DNA from: an uncultured Methanolobus sp.
GTDB taxonomy: Archaea; Halobacteriota; Methanosarcinia; Methanosarcinales; Methanosarcinaceae
Assembly: GCA_963675495.1 (NCBI GenBank)
Contig: OY776215.1
Span: 1,472,001 to 1,536,000, forward strand
Direction: 5' to 3'
Length of the DNA: 64,000 nucleotides
Shown piece by piece: positions 52,111 through 61,968 of the stretch; positions within the stretch are counted from its first letter, which is position 1; each line of letters begins with the position of its first letter. Both the position numbers and the translations under genes were made by a program. The notes under the pieces are model-generated. The model was not told the DNA's origin. It made no database searches and saw only the letters and a program-made list of their open reading frames with translations.

Positions 52111-52917
52111 ATGGAGATCACACTTACTGATATTGAAAGGGAAGCATACAAGGACAGTCCAGTCCACAGGCTTGATGGAAGAATAAAGATACTTGCAATC
52201 ATTGCAATTATCGTTTTTGCAGTCAGCCTGCCGCGTATGGACGAAGCAAATTTCATGAAACTTGCGATTCTTGAGCTTTACCTGATCTTACTCATAGTAA
52301 TTGCAAGACTTAATCCTTTGTATACTATTATGAGATTCCTTTCCATATTGCCTTTTGGACTTGCTATTGTAATTATACAGCCATTTGTAAGGCAGCCATT
52401 CATTGAAACATTTACAGTATATCCAATGGATCTGCCACTTGGAATTACCCTGACATATGAAGGGATATTTTTTGGTGCGATTCTCCTTGCAAAGTACATT
52501 GTTTGTATAACGTCCATTGTACTCATGTCCTCTACTATGAAAATGAATGATATGGTAAGTTCTGCAAGAAGGCTTGGAATGCCTGCGGAATTCACCCTGA
52601 TCCTTTCAATGATGGTAAGGTACCTTTTCGTATTCTGGATAATACTCAAACGTATACGAGTTGCACAGAAAACACGTCTGTTCCACATATGGAACAAGAA
52701 CGTGCCCCATAAATGGATCCTTGAGCAGGTCGCATACACCATAAGCTCACTTTTCATCCGCTCCTATGAACAGGGAGAGAGAACGTACATAAGCATGCTC
52801 TGCAGAGGATATTCCAGTGTAAACAAAGTATATGTACATAAGAAAAAGATAAAAACTACAGATGTTCTATTCCTTGTAATGACCATAGGAACATTATTAC
52901 TGGCTTTTGTAGCCTGA
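52111..52917 (+). CDS. cbiQ: ECF transporter T component (CbiQ/NikQ)
   Basis: SPVHRLDGRIK, RYL, LFIRSYEQGER..SMLCRGY. Confidence 0.9.
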   Translation: MEITLTDIEREAYKDSPVHRLDGRIKILAIIAIIVFAVSLPRMDEANFMKLAILELYLILLIVIARLNPLYTIMRFLSILPFGLAIVIIQPFVRQPFIETFTVYPMDLPLGITLTYEGIFFGAILLAKYIVCITSIVLMSSTMKMNDMVSSARRLGMPAEFTLILSMMVRYLFVFWIILKRIRVAQKTRLFHIWNKNVPHKWILEQVAYTISSLFIRSYEQGERTYISMLCRGYSSVNKVYVHKKKIKTTDVLFLVMTIGTLLLAFVA

Positions 52918-52946
52918 AGAAAAAATCGGAAAAAAGGAAGAAGAAT

Positions 52947-53258
52947 TTATTTTTTTGCAACTTTTCCAAGTGCAAAGCTGATTCCCAGCACAAGAAGAGT
53001 GCCTATCACAACAGCAAGCACTTCTCCCATTTTACCCTGACCTTCGATTGCATAGTCAGGCATTGGGGATTCTACAAAAGGTGCAGATTCTTCCATCTCT
53101 GAGAATGTTGCCTCATCAATAATATTTCCTGCAGCACTTTCCAGACCATCCGGATCAGGGGATGCTAAAAAGGGAGCAAGGACAGATATAAGCAAAGCAA
53201 TTGCAATTCCTGCATAAAGGAATTTCATATTCAGACCTTTGCTGACACTCATATTCAT
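52947..53258 (-). CDS. PDGLE-domain ECF accessory subunit (NikN-type)
   Basis: ASPDPDGLE, PMPDY, two TMs. Confidence 0.88.
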   Translation of the reverse strand: MNMSVSKGLNMKFLYAGIAIALLISVLAPFLASPDPDGLESAAGNIIDEATFSEMEESAPFVESPMPDYAIEGQGKMGEVLAVVIGTLLVLGISFALGKVAKK

Positions 53259-53905
53259 ACCCCCACCCCATTGGTGCCTGTAATGGACGAATCCAGTAGA
53301 TCTGGTCTTGATTTTTCAATGGCCGTGATGACTATAGCAGTAATAAGACCTTCACCTACAAGCCCTATTATCAAGTGAAAAGTTCCCATTGCTGCAAGTC
53401 CTGCCACCAGAGGAAAAGTACCTGCAACAGAGAGTTGAACCGCACATACAATTGCAGACATAAACAATCCGAACCATGCACCGATAAAGGATGCACCTTT
53501 TATTCCTGCTTTATTCTTTAAAGCCACGAAAGTATAGTATCCCACAAACCCTGAAACAACTCCCATGTTCACGATATTTGCACCCATTGTTGTTATTCCA
53601 CCGTCTCCAAAGACAAAACCCTGAACCAGCAGTACAAGTGTAAGTACCAGCACACCGGCCATGGGACTTCCAAATATAATGGCAACAAGGGTAGCTCCAA
53701 CCATGTGACCGCTGGTTCCCATGCCTATTGGAATATTGAGTGCCTGTATGGCAAAAATTCCTGCAGCAAGCGCTGCCAGGATTGGTACTTTCATGTCATC
53801 AAGTTCTTTTCTTGCCCATTTCAGGGACATAAATATGAAAGGCAAAGCGATCACCCAGTAGATGAGCGCTTGTCCCATGGGTATAAACGAATCAGGTATA
53901 TGCAT
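53255..53905 (-). CDS. cbiM: ECF S component CbiM/NikM
   Basis: MHIPD N-terminus, GTSGH, GDGG, GEGLIT. Confidence 0.9.
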   Translation of the reverse strand: MHIPDSFIPMGQALIYWVIALPFIFMSLKWARKELDDMKVPILAALAAGIFAIQALNIPIGMGTSGHMVGATLVAIIFGSPMAGVLVLTLVLLVQGFVFGDGGITTMGANIVNMGVVSGFVGYYTFVALKNKAGIKGASFIGAWFGLFMSAIVCAVQLSVAGTFPLVAGLAAMGTFHLIIGLVGEGLITAIVITAIEKSRPDLLDSSITGTNGVGV

Positions 53906-53934
53906 TTTAAGTCCTCATAATGTTATAAATTGTG

Positions 53935-53962
53935 ATATGAAAATTATTGAATTTCGTAACAC
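53935..53962. promoter_or_regulatory. Candidate NikR-type operator upstream of nikM/cbiM
   Basis: ATATGA-N16-TAACAC. Confidence 0.45.
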
Positions 53963-54098
53963 TAATGGATACGTAATAAGAGCTATATATACTTAATGAA
54001 CTAATATCCAGAAAAATAGTATTACACAACTATAGATCTACAAAACCAAGATATATAAAATAGAAAGTGATAAGGCAAGTAAAACGGATGATAACATC

Positions 54099-55073
54099 AT
54101 GACCAAATACTCACCTCTTATTGCTGCAAAGGCTGTCTGGCAGATGCGGATAAGAAAACGTCCTTTCGTATTGTCCCACGCCATCAATTCCAGATGCAAC
54201 ATGAAATGCTCTTTTTGCGAATACTGGAAAACTGAAGGAGAAGAAATGAAACTTGAGGATATATTCAAGCTTCTTGAAGATGCGAGGGCTTTTGGAATAC
54301 TTGTTTATAACGCATGGACAGTAGAGCCCCTGTTAAGAAAGGAACTGCCGGAAATATTGGCTCATGCAAAACAATTGGGAATGGTAACCTCACTCATTAC
54401 TAATGGACTTTTACTTGAAAAAAGAGTCCATGAGCTGAAAGACCTTGATTACCTATCGGTATCCGTGGATGGGACTACAAGTTATAAGGAAATAAGAGGA
54501 GTAAACCTTGACAGGATCATGCCAGGAATTATAAAAGCAAAAAGTGTCATCAAAAACCCTCTTCTAATGAATTGTGTCATAAGTGGAAAGAATCTGGATG
54601 ACATAGAAGAACTTATAACCATGGCAAAGGACCTGGATGTGAAGATATCATTTGAGCCTATGTATGAATTTGGAGGGATAGAAGATGGTACATGGGACGA
54701 GGTAGGAATAAGGGAGATGGACAAATATCGCAGGACAGTGGACAGGATAATGGAAATGAAAAAGGAGGGGTATCCGATTATCAATTCCTATACATATCTC
54801 AAGATGGTACGGGACCTGCGGACAGAATTTGTTTGCCATGCAAACGAGATAATACTTAATGTTACAGCTGACGGAAGCATTGAAAATTGCAGAGTTCATC
54901 ACAGCCCCATCGGCCACATAAGCGAAGGTATTGGAAATGTATGGGAAAATACAAGAAAGCTCAGAAAAGATACTGCACGCAATTGCCAGAAATGTCTTTT
55001 TTTCGGATACGTTGAGAACAGCTTGATGTATAATTTCAATCTGGAAGTGGCACGACATTACGAGTGGATGTAA
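54099..55073 (+). CDS. Radical SAM protein of unknown function
   Basis: CNMKCSFC; C-terminal C...C...CQKC auxiliary-cluster pattern. Confidence 0.88.
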   Translation: MTKYSPLIAAKAVWQMRIRKRPFVLSHAINSRCNMKCSFCEYWKTEGEEMKLEDIFKLLEDARAFGILVYNAWTVEPLLRKELPEILAHAKQLGMVTSLITNGLLLEKRVHELKDLDYLSVSVDGTTSYKEIRGVNLDRIMPGIIKAKSVIKNPLLMNCVISGKNLDDIEELITMAKDLDVKISFEPMYEFGGIEDGTWDEVGIREMDKYRRTVDRIMEMKKEGYPIINSYTYLKMVRDLRTEFVCHANEIILNVTADGSIENCRVHHSPIGHISEGIGNVWENTRKLRKDTARNCQKCLFFGYVENSLMYNFNLEVARHYEWM

Positions 55074-55150
55074 CATTTGAATGAATTAAATTTACAAACA
55101 ATCATTTTAATATAATAACACTACATATAATAATAGATAGGTGTTGTACC

Positions 55151-55777
55151 ATGTCATGTAACAAGAACTGCAGGATATTTACAACTATTTCTTTATTAGT
55201 GTTGATTATCGTTTACTTCACAGGATTTACAAGTGCTGAAATAATTGTTGGGCTTTCACCTGCCCACATAATTGTTGATGAAAATGAGAATTTCACACTT
55301 GCAATGATCATAGAACCCGATGCCAAAGTCTCAGGTGCGGAGTTAGAAATCTCATATGATGTGTCACTTCTCAATATAACATCCATCACTGAAGGAGATT
55401 TTTTCAAGCAGGGAGGAAAGAATACAATATTCTCAAAAGGGAGTATTGATAATGAACTTGGAACTGTTACCGGCATATATTCCGTTGTAATGGGAGATGA
55501 CATACTTCCTGAATCAGGAACTTTTTTGAACATCACCCTAACCTCAAAAGACAATTCCGGAATTGCAGCTATAGAGATAAATAACGTCATGATCACCAAT
55601 TCTGCCGGAGACAAACTGAAAGTTAGTGTTGACAATGCAAAGGTGAACGTTGGTGATGTGAGAGTTGAGGATTCTACTGAAGAAACGGCTAAGAGTCAAC
55701 AATCTGGACAGAACATGTTAATACCTCTTGTATGTGCAATAATGTGCCTCTATTTTATAAATAGAAAAGAAAAATAA
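55151..55777 (+). CDS. Secreted cohesin-like domain protein with C-terminal membrane anchor
   Basis: Signal peptide; ISYD..LL.ITSITEGDFF and GTFLNITL cohesin-like pattern; TM + RKEK tail. Confidence 0.7.
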   Translation: MSCNKNCRIFTTISLLVLIIVYFTGFTSAEIIVGLSPAHIIVDENENFTLAMIIEPDAKVSGAELEISYDVSLLNITSITEGDFFKQGGKNTIFSKGSIDNELGTVTGIYSVVMGDDILPESGTFLNITLTSKDNSGIAAIEINNVMITNSAGDKLKVSVDNAKVNVGDVRVEDSTEETAKSQQSGQNMLIPLVCAIMCLYFINRKEK

Positions 55778-55805
55778 ATTCCGGGATAATGGAAGTTCAC
55801 AGAGA

Positions 55806-56585
55806 TCAGAGGCTTCCAATTAACCCTATCCTTATCTCATTCCCATTGTTCAAATGCAGTAATTTAGAAGCACTTCCCTGATTTACTGCAATCTCGAAAA
55901 ATCCGTGACTTCCTGTAAGCGATAGAATCCTTCCTTTTGGCACCTCAGCATAGGTACTCAAAAATGGCATCTTTCGTCCCGAAATCGAGAGAATGGTTCC
56001 ATGAGGTATATTCTTATGAATCTCTTCCCCCGGAATGTTAGTGACAATATTGCCAAATTTATCGACATATATCACTTTTGCCTCAATGAAATCCTTCTGT
56101 ATCGCATAGCCTGAGAAATCAAGATCAACATATTCATCTGTTCTCTGAGCAATGTCCTGAAGGTCCATTCCTCGGGAGATATGTGCGGCCGCCGGAGCAA
56201 AAATATCCCTGCCGTGGAAAGTAGAAGAAACATCCCCCAGAACCCCTTGATTCTTAATTTCAAAGACCTCCATATCTCCAAGCAAAGATGCAGCAGGAAT
56301 AAGAACACCATTGTCCGGACCTATAAAATAATGACCACCAGAACGTACAACTATAGCTTTTCTTTCAGTACCGACACCAGGGTCGATAACAGCAACATGA
56401 ATGGTTCCAAGCGGGAAATGCCGGACAACGGAATACAGGGCAAATGCACCCGCCCTGATATCAACAGAGGGTATTGAGTGAGTAATATCAACTATTGTTA
56501 CATCAGGATCTATACTGAGTATAACACCTTTCATGGATGCAGGATACAGAGATCCAAAGTCAGTTGTAAGCGTAATTACTGCCAT
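55806..56585 (-). CDS. SAM hydroxide adenosyltransferase (DUF62 family)
   Basis: TLTTDFG, VIDPGVGT.R, GPDNG, STFHGRDIF, DKFGN. Confidence 0.9.
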   Translation of the reverse strand: MAVITLTTDFGSLYPASMKGVILSIDPDVTIVDITHSIPSVDIRAGAFALYSVVRHFPLGTIHVAVIDPGVGTERKAIVVRSGGHYFIGPDNGVLIPAASLLGDMEVFEIKNQGVLGDVSSTFHGRDIFAPAAAHISRGMDLQDIAQRTDEYVDLDFSGYAIQKDFIEAKVIYVDKFGNIVTNIPGEEIHKNIPHGTILSISGRKMPFLSTYAEVPKGRILSLTGSHGFFEIAVNQGSASKLLHLNNGNEIRIGLIGSL

Positions 56586-56683
56586 AAGATTATTTTTGTA
56601 AGCTTAGATATAAATAGATACGCCGGAGATCCTGACCAAACTTTTTTTTATTTTTGAGAACTGCAGGTTGCTGTCAATTCCCA

Positions 56684-57838
56684 TTATACAGGATTTTTGT
56701 ATTGCCCATGATAGAAAACCAGCTCGAATCGAGCTCCTTTACCCGATATACCAGTCTCCCTGATACCAATGCCAGTTATAGACAGAATCTCTTTGGAAAG
56801 GAAAAGTCCGTATCCAGAGTTAGAATTACCTTTCTTGAACAATTTGCTCTTATCTTCAATACCAATACCGTCATCCTGGAATACAACCAAAAGGTGATCT
56901 TCTTCCTCCACAGTGGTGATGAGTAGATTACTGGCATTGCTGTGCTTGATGACATTGTTGGCTAGATTATAGAAAACTTTCCTTATCATTGGATCAGTGA
57001 AAATCAAATAATCCCTTACATCTATATGGAAATTCACCAATGCTTTATCCAGTGGGACCATAGCTTCACTCAGAACATCCTGAAGATTGACCCACTCAGG
57101 AGCTTGAATGCCAATCTCCTGATAATCTTTAGTAAACATAATATGCCTGTCAATAGACCTCACGCTCCCTTCCATCCTCTGCAACAGCATGAGCTCTTCA
57201 GGATCATATACCTGTTCCATAGCCAAATGCAGGTATCCTTCCAGGACCATTACCTGATTCATTATATCATGGCGTGTGATTGAGCTAAGTAGATTCAGTT
57301 TGTTGTTTGCCTGCTTGAGAGCTTCCGTCCTCTTCTCTTTCTCGGTTATATCTTCAACGACGCCGTCTATGAAAATGATGTTGCCTTTGGCATCGTACTG
57401 TGCAGAAAGAGTGAGCGAGCATAAGATGGTTGTTCCGTCCCTGGCCTTGAACATCAGCTTGCGGTCCTTTATCCTACCAGTCCGCCTCAACTCCCTCAGT
57501 AACTCAAAGCGGTCCTCTGGATGAAGATAGACATCTGTGGCAGATATATTCAAAAGATCTTTTTCATTATTGAAGCCCAGCATCTTACAAAAAGCTGGAT
57601 TTGCCTGAACTATATGGCCGCTTTCCCATGGTTCACTCCTGATAATACCGATATTGACGTTCTCTATCAAAGTGCGATACTTATTCTCACTTTCCTGCAA
57701 TGCATGCATGGCCAGATTCAGCTCACTTATCTGCTCCTTTAGTTGAGGATAATAACTCTTCCGATGAGATGTTTCACCTAATCCGATTATCTTCTTTCGA
57801 AGAAGATCCATTCTTATTTCGTTTTCAGAGCGCTTCAT
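56684..57838 (-). CDS. PAS-domain sensor histidine kinase
   Basis: PAS (LIENVNIGI...DGVVEDIT), H-box RHDIMNQ, N-box NLANNVIKH, DDGIG, GYGL. Confidence 0.9.
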   Translation of the reverse strand: MKRSENEIRMDLLRKKIIGLGETSHRKSYYPQLKEQISELNLAMHALQESENKYRTLIENVNIGIIRSEPWESGHIVQANPAFCKMLGFNNEKDLLNISATDVYLHPEDRFELLRELRRTGRIKDRKLMFKARDGTTILCSLTLSAQYDAKGNIIFIDGVVEDITEKEKRTEALKQANNKLNLLSSITRHDIMNQVMVLEGYLHLAMEQVYDPEELMLLQRMEGSVRSIDRHIMFTKDYQEIGIQAPEWVNLQDVLSEAMVPLDKALVNFHIDVRDYLIFTDPMIRKVFYNLANNVIKHSNASNLLITTVEEEDHLLVVFQDDGIGIEDKSKLFKKGNSNSGYGLFLSKEILSITGIGIRETGISGKGARFELVFYHGQYKNPV

Positions 57839-59015
57839 GGTAAAGTCTCTCTATGTCCTTTATCGTGACAGGACGAGGGTTGGTGGCCAGACAAGGATCC
57901 AGGAATGCATTCTCACTAAGACGCTTGATATCCTCCTCTTTTACCCCCATGTTTGATAGACCGGACTTTATCCCCAGCTGGTTAGCCATGTTTCGTAGTT
58001 CGTAGGCCAAGCCGTCAGGTCCACTATCCTTTGACGTCTTCTTTCCGGTCATAGCAGCCTCAAGATCTCTGTATTTTTCTGGTTCCCAGGAATAATTAAA
58101 GGCAACGACATGTTCCAGAAGCTGGGCATTGCTTTCACCGTGAGAAGAATCCAGATAACCTCCCAGACTATGCGCCATGGCATGCACTAAACCCAGGCTG
58201 GCGTTGGAAAATGCCAGACCTGCATACATGCTTCCAAGCATGACCTTGCCCCTGACAATGATATTTTCAGGATCACTATATGCTTTTGGCAGGTATTCCG
58301 CTAATAGTTTAGTAGCCTCTAAAGCAAACATATCGGTCATGGAAGAGGAGGCATTCGAAACATATGACTCAAAAGCATGACAAAGAGCATCCATGCCAGT
58401 CATTGCAGTCTGTTCGAGGCTCATGGTAATGGTTGTCTCAGGATCTACCAGTGCAAGGTCTGGCAACATGGTCTTACTGATTATGGCGAACTTGCGTTTC
58501 TTCTGTTCATCGGTAATTATAGCAAATTGAGACACATCGGCAGAGGAACCGGCTGTAGTAGGAATACATATGATTGGAGGAGCAGGCATAGCCACTTCAT
58601 CCACCCCTTCCAACTCCAGAACGTTGCACCTGTTAGATACTACCGCACCTATCACCTTGCCACAGTCCATGGAACTACCACCGCCCACGACCACTATCAG
58701 ATCACAATTTTTCTCCATATAAAGAGCCGCACCTCGCATGACCTCCGTAGATCGAGGATTTGGGGAAATTTTGTCATAGATCACAACATTTATGCCTATA
58801 TCCCTCAGATTATCCGCTACTTCCCCGGTCCAGCCAGCTTTAAAGATGCCGGGGTCGCTTACCAAAAATACATTTTTGCCAGAAAGACTGAGAACATACT
58901 GGCCTATAAGATTTCGGGAGCCATCACCGAAAATAATCTCAGGTGCTAAGAATTTCCTAATTGGAAGTATTCCATTAGCTTTGTTGTCCACTTCTTTGGT
59001 ATTTGCCCCGATCAT
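57825..59015 (-). CDS. Iron-containing alcohol dehydrogenase, ErcA-like
   Basis: IRKFLAPEIIFG, GGGSSMD, PTTAGS, DALCHAFE, HAMAH, HG. Confidence 0.88.
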   Translation of the reverse strand: MIGANTKEVDNKANGILPIRKFLAPEIIFGDGSRNLIGQYVLSLSGKNVFLVSDPGIFKAGWTGEVADNLRDIGINVVIYDKISPNPRSTEVMRGAALYMEKNCDLIVVVGGGSSMDCGKVIGAVVSNRCNVLELEGVDEVAMPAPPIICIPTTAGSSADVSQFAIITDEQKKRKFAIISKTMLPDLALVDPETTITMSLEQTAMTGMDALCHAFESYVSNASSSMTDMFALEATKLLAEYLPKAYSDPENIIVRGKVMLGSMYAGLAFSNASLGLVHAMAHSLGGYLDSSHGESNAQLLEHVVAFNYSWEPEKYRDLEAAMTGKKTSKDSGPDGLAYELRNMANQLGIKSGLSNMGVKEEDIKRLSENAFLDPCLATNPRPVTIKDIERLYHEAL

Positions 59016-59399
59016 GCTGACACATCTCCCTGCTTAAGTAATTTCCCGGCATTTCCCAGTGTGTCAGGAATCCTTTGTGCATGTCAAAAATATAATATCC
59101 CCGTAAAATACTGTGACATATAAGTATAAAAGTATTGTCTTGCCAAAGCTATGCTTTTTTAAAAATACAGTGTGGACATATTTTATTCTAAAAGAAAGAA
59201 TCAAAGGTGATTAACACTACATAACAAATTAATTACCAAATTCAAGGGAGAGAAAAGTGGCTGTGAGAGCTTCAGAAAAATAAGGTTGATTATTAGAAGA
59301 TATTCCAAATTATAAAAGAAAGCATACCACTTACAAATTATATGTAACACTTATATCAAAAAAGTAAAAAAATGAAAAAACGAAGTAATGCCAGAGGCA

Positions 59400-60686
59400 T
59401 TACTTGCAAAGGTCGTAACTCTGGTTTACGATTTTAAGAGCGCAGAAATCACCGCACATTGTACATGCATCTTCGTCTGCTGATGCTCTCTCAGTTCTTA
59501 CCTTTCTTGCGAGTTCTGGATCGAGTGCAAGCTTGAACTGTGCCTCCCAGTCAAGTTTTGCGCGTGCTCTACCCATTGCAAGATCAACATCACGAGTTTC
59601 TGGGAACTTGACAGTGTCACCAACGTGAGCTGCGATCTTTGATGTCTTGACACCTTCAATAACATCTTCAAGGTTTGGAAGTGCAAGGTGTTCTGCTGGT
59701 GTTACATAGCAAAGGAAGTCACAGCCTGCTGCTGCAGAAGCTGATGCACCGATAGCTGTTACGATGTGGTCACGACCGGCACCGATATCAGATACAAGAG
59801 GACCGAGCATATAGAATGGTTTTCCATCACTCATTGCTTTCATGAGCTTGACATTTGTTTCTACCTGGTCAAGTGGTACGTGACCTGGACCTTCTACGAT
59901 AACCTGAAGATCGTATTCGTCATGTGCTTTCTGTGCACATTCAGAGTTGATGATGAGTTCCTGAACCTGTGCCCTGTCGGTTGCGTCGGCGATTGCACCT
60001 GCACGCATTCCGTTACCTGTTGAAAGGGTAACTTCGTGTTCCTTGAGGATCTCACAGAGATAATCAAAGTCCTGGTAAAGTGGGTTTTCCTTCTCATTGT
60101 GAAGCATCCATGTGCTCATGAATGCACCACCACGGGAACAGAGACCACCGTATCTACCGTGTGCCTTCAGTCTGTCAAGGACAATGTTGTTGACACCTGT
60201 GTGAATAGCCATAAAGTTTGTTCCGAGCTTTGCCTGCTCCTCGGTTGCATGCCAAAGGTCGTCCTCTGTCATGTGAACAATAGAACCATCTCTCCTTGAT
60301 GCGGTAATGAATGCCTGGTAGAGTGGTACTGAACCAACTGAAAGGGAAATTGAATCACAGACCTGTTTCCTGATACCAAGGAAATCTCCACCGGTACCGA
60401 GCTCCATAAGTGTATCAGCACCTGCTGCCTCTGCTGCCTGTGCCTTTTTGATTTCCATATCGACATCAACGATATCTGATGATGCACCGATGGATGCATT
60501 GACCTTTGTCTTGAGTCCTTCACCGATACCACAGAGTTTGATGTCCCTGTATGGGGTCATAGGGATTACAATTCTACCTGAAGCAATTCCACGTCTGATG
60601 AATTCAGGGTCTTTGCCTTCTACTTCAGCAACGATCTTCATCTCTTCTGTGATCTTACCATTTTTTGCATCTGTTACTATTGTCAT
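59400..60686 (-). CDS. thiC: Phosphomethylpyrimidine synthase ThiC family
   Basis: KVNASIG, SRGG, EGPGHVP, YVTPAEHL.LP, CTMCGDFC. Confidence 0.9.
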   Translation of the reverse strand: MTIVTDAKNGKITEEMKIVAEVEGKDPEFIRRGIASGRIVIPMTPYRDIKLCGIGEGLKTKVNASIGASSDIVDVDMEIKKAQAAEAAGADTLMELGTGGDFLGIRKQVCDSISLSVGSVPLYQAFITASRRDGSIVHMTEDDLWHATEEQAKLGTNFMAIHTGVNNIVLDRLKAHGRYGGLCSRGGAFMSTWMLHNEKENPLYQDFDYLCEILKEHEVTLSTGNGMRAGAIADATDRAQVQELIINSECAQKAHDEYDLQVIVEGPGHVPLDQVETNVKLMKAMSDGKPFYMLGPLVSDIGAGRDHIVTAIGASASAAAGCDFLCYVTPAEHLALPNLEDVIEGVKTSKIAAHVGDTVKFPETRDVDLAMGRARAKLDWEAQFKLALDPELARKVRTERASADEDACTMCGDFCALKIVNQSYDLCK

Positions 60687-61024
60687 GATTTATACCTCAG
60701 AGTTTGATGTACCCTAGTAGAACCAAATCGTATATAATAGTTGTCGAAAAATTAACTTTCAATAAAATCAAGTTAACTTTATCACTATCTGAATTGCATT
60801 TAAATGTGCGTCAGCACTTAGCACAATAAATGGTTCAAAACACATACAATAGACATATCACTAACGATAAGCACATACTATGAGAAAATTCGTGTTAATT
60901 TAAAACAAATACAATTGTTTTGTTTTACACTTATTTTGATTTGTTTTTTGCTGCAAGAACAAGAGTTTATAGATCACGTACAAATTGAAAATATGAAATA
61001 AGAAAAACATAAACTAAACAACAA

Positions 61025-61945
61025 TTATTTCTTTTTATCTTCACTCAGCATCCTAAGCATACGCATGTTTTCCCTGTGAAGAGTTACCACAAGGTCACTT
61101 AACATTCCAAAAACGAACATCTGGAAACCTGCAATAATAAGCAGAGTAGTAAGAATCGTCATTGGAATACGCGTAACTCCCTGGAACCACTCAATGACAA
61201 CATAAGTACCGGCAAATACCCCGGAAAGAATAAAAATCCCACCAATTATGCCAAAATAGAACATCGGATTGTGAAGCTTTGCCATTTTATAAATGGTAGA
61301 ACCAATCCTGAAACCATCTTTAAGAGGATTCAACTTGGTGGCACCCTCGGTGTGTCTTGCAAGGTAAGTAGTTGGAACTTCTAATATCCTCAGATCTTTC
61401 TTAACACTCTCGATAGTAATCTCAGATTCGATCTCAAATCCTAATTTTTTCAATTCAAATGATTTGATGGCCTTTTTATTAAAAGCCCTGTATCCAGTAA
61501 GAATATCTTCAAGCCATACTCCATATGCCAGCCCGAACATCTTGTTGATTATTTTGTTGCCGAATAGGTTGAGCCTGGTAAATGCCCCTTTCTCATAGTC
61601 CACTAATCTGTTGCCCATGACATGGTCAGCTTTCCCTTCAAGGATAGGGTCGAGTACCGTATGGACATCTTTTGCAAGATTGGTACCATCACCATCTGCC
61701 ATAACGATGTATTCTTCATCTATAAGTTCAAAAGCCTGTTTTAGTGCCTGACCTTTACCCTTACCAGTTTGAATTACGACCCGGGCACCTTCAGCTTCTG
61801 AGATCTCACGTGTCCTGTCTTTGCTGTTACCATCTATAACAAGTATATTGTCAAAGCCTTCTAAGCGGAAATCTTTGATGACCTGGCCGATGGTAGCCTC
61901 TTCGTTGAGGGCAGGCAATAAAATACAGACGTTCTCGTTTGTCAT
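61025..61945 (-). CDS. aglJ: GT2 dolichol-phosphate glycosyltransferase, AglJ-like
   Basis: LLPALNEE, DGNSKD, GKGKG, DGDGT, two C-terminal TMs. Confidence 0.75.
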   Translation of the reverse strand: MTNENVCILLPALNEEATIGQVIKDFRLEGFDNILVIDGNSKDRTREISEAEGARVVIQTGKGKGQALKQAFELIDEEYIVMADGDGTNLAKDVHTVLDPILEGKADHVMGNRLVDYEKGAFTRLNLFGNKIINKMFGLAYGVWLEDILTGYRAFNKKAIKSFELKKLGFEIESEITIESVKKDLRILEVPTTYLARHTEGATKLNPLKDGFRIGSTIYKMAKLHNPMFYFGIIGGIFILSGVFAGTYVVIEWFQGVTRIPMTILTTLLIIAGFQMFVFGMLSDLVVTLHRENMRMLRMLSEDKKK

Positions 61946-61968
61946 TTTAAGAGAAAAAATAGGAGGTC

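Noticed and set aside
55806-56585. SAM-dependent chlorinase/fluorinase
   Set aside because: Retains the Asp/Arg/His residues (DPGVGTxR, FHGRD) of the widespread DUF62 hydrolases; no secondary-metabolite context
59344-59351. GTAACACT as another NikR half-site
   Set aside because: No matching partner half-site at 16-bp spacing
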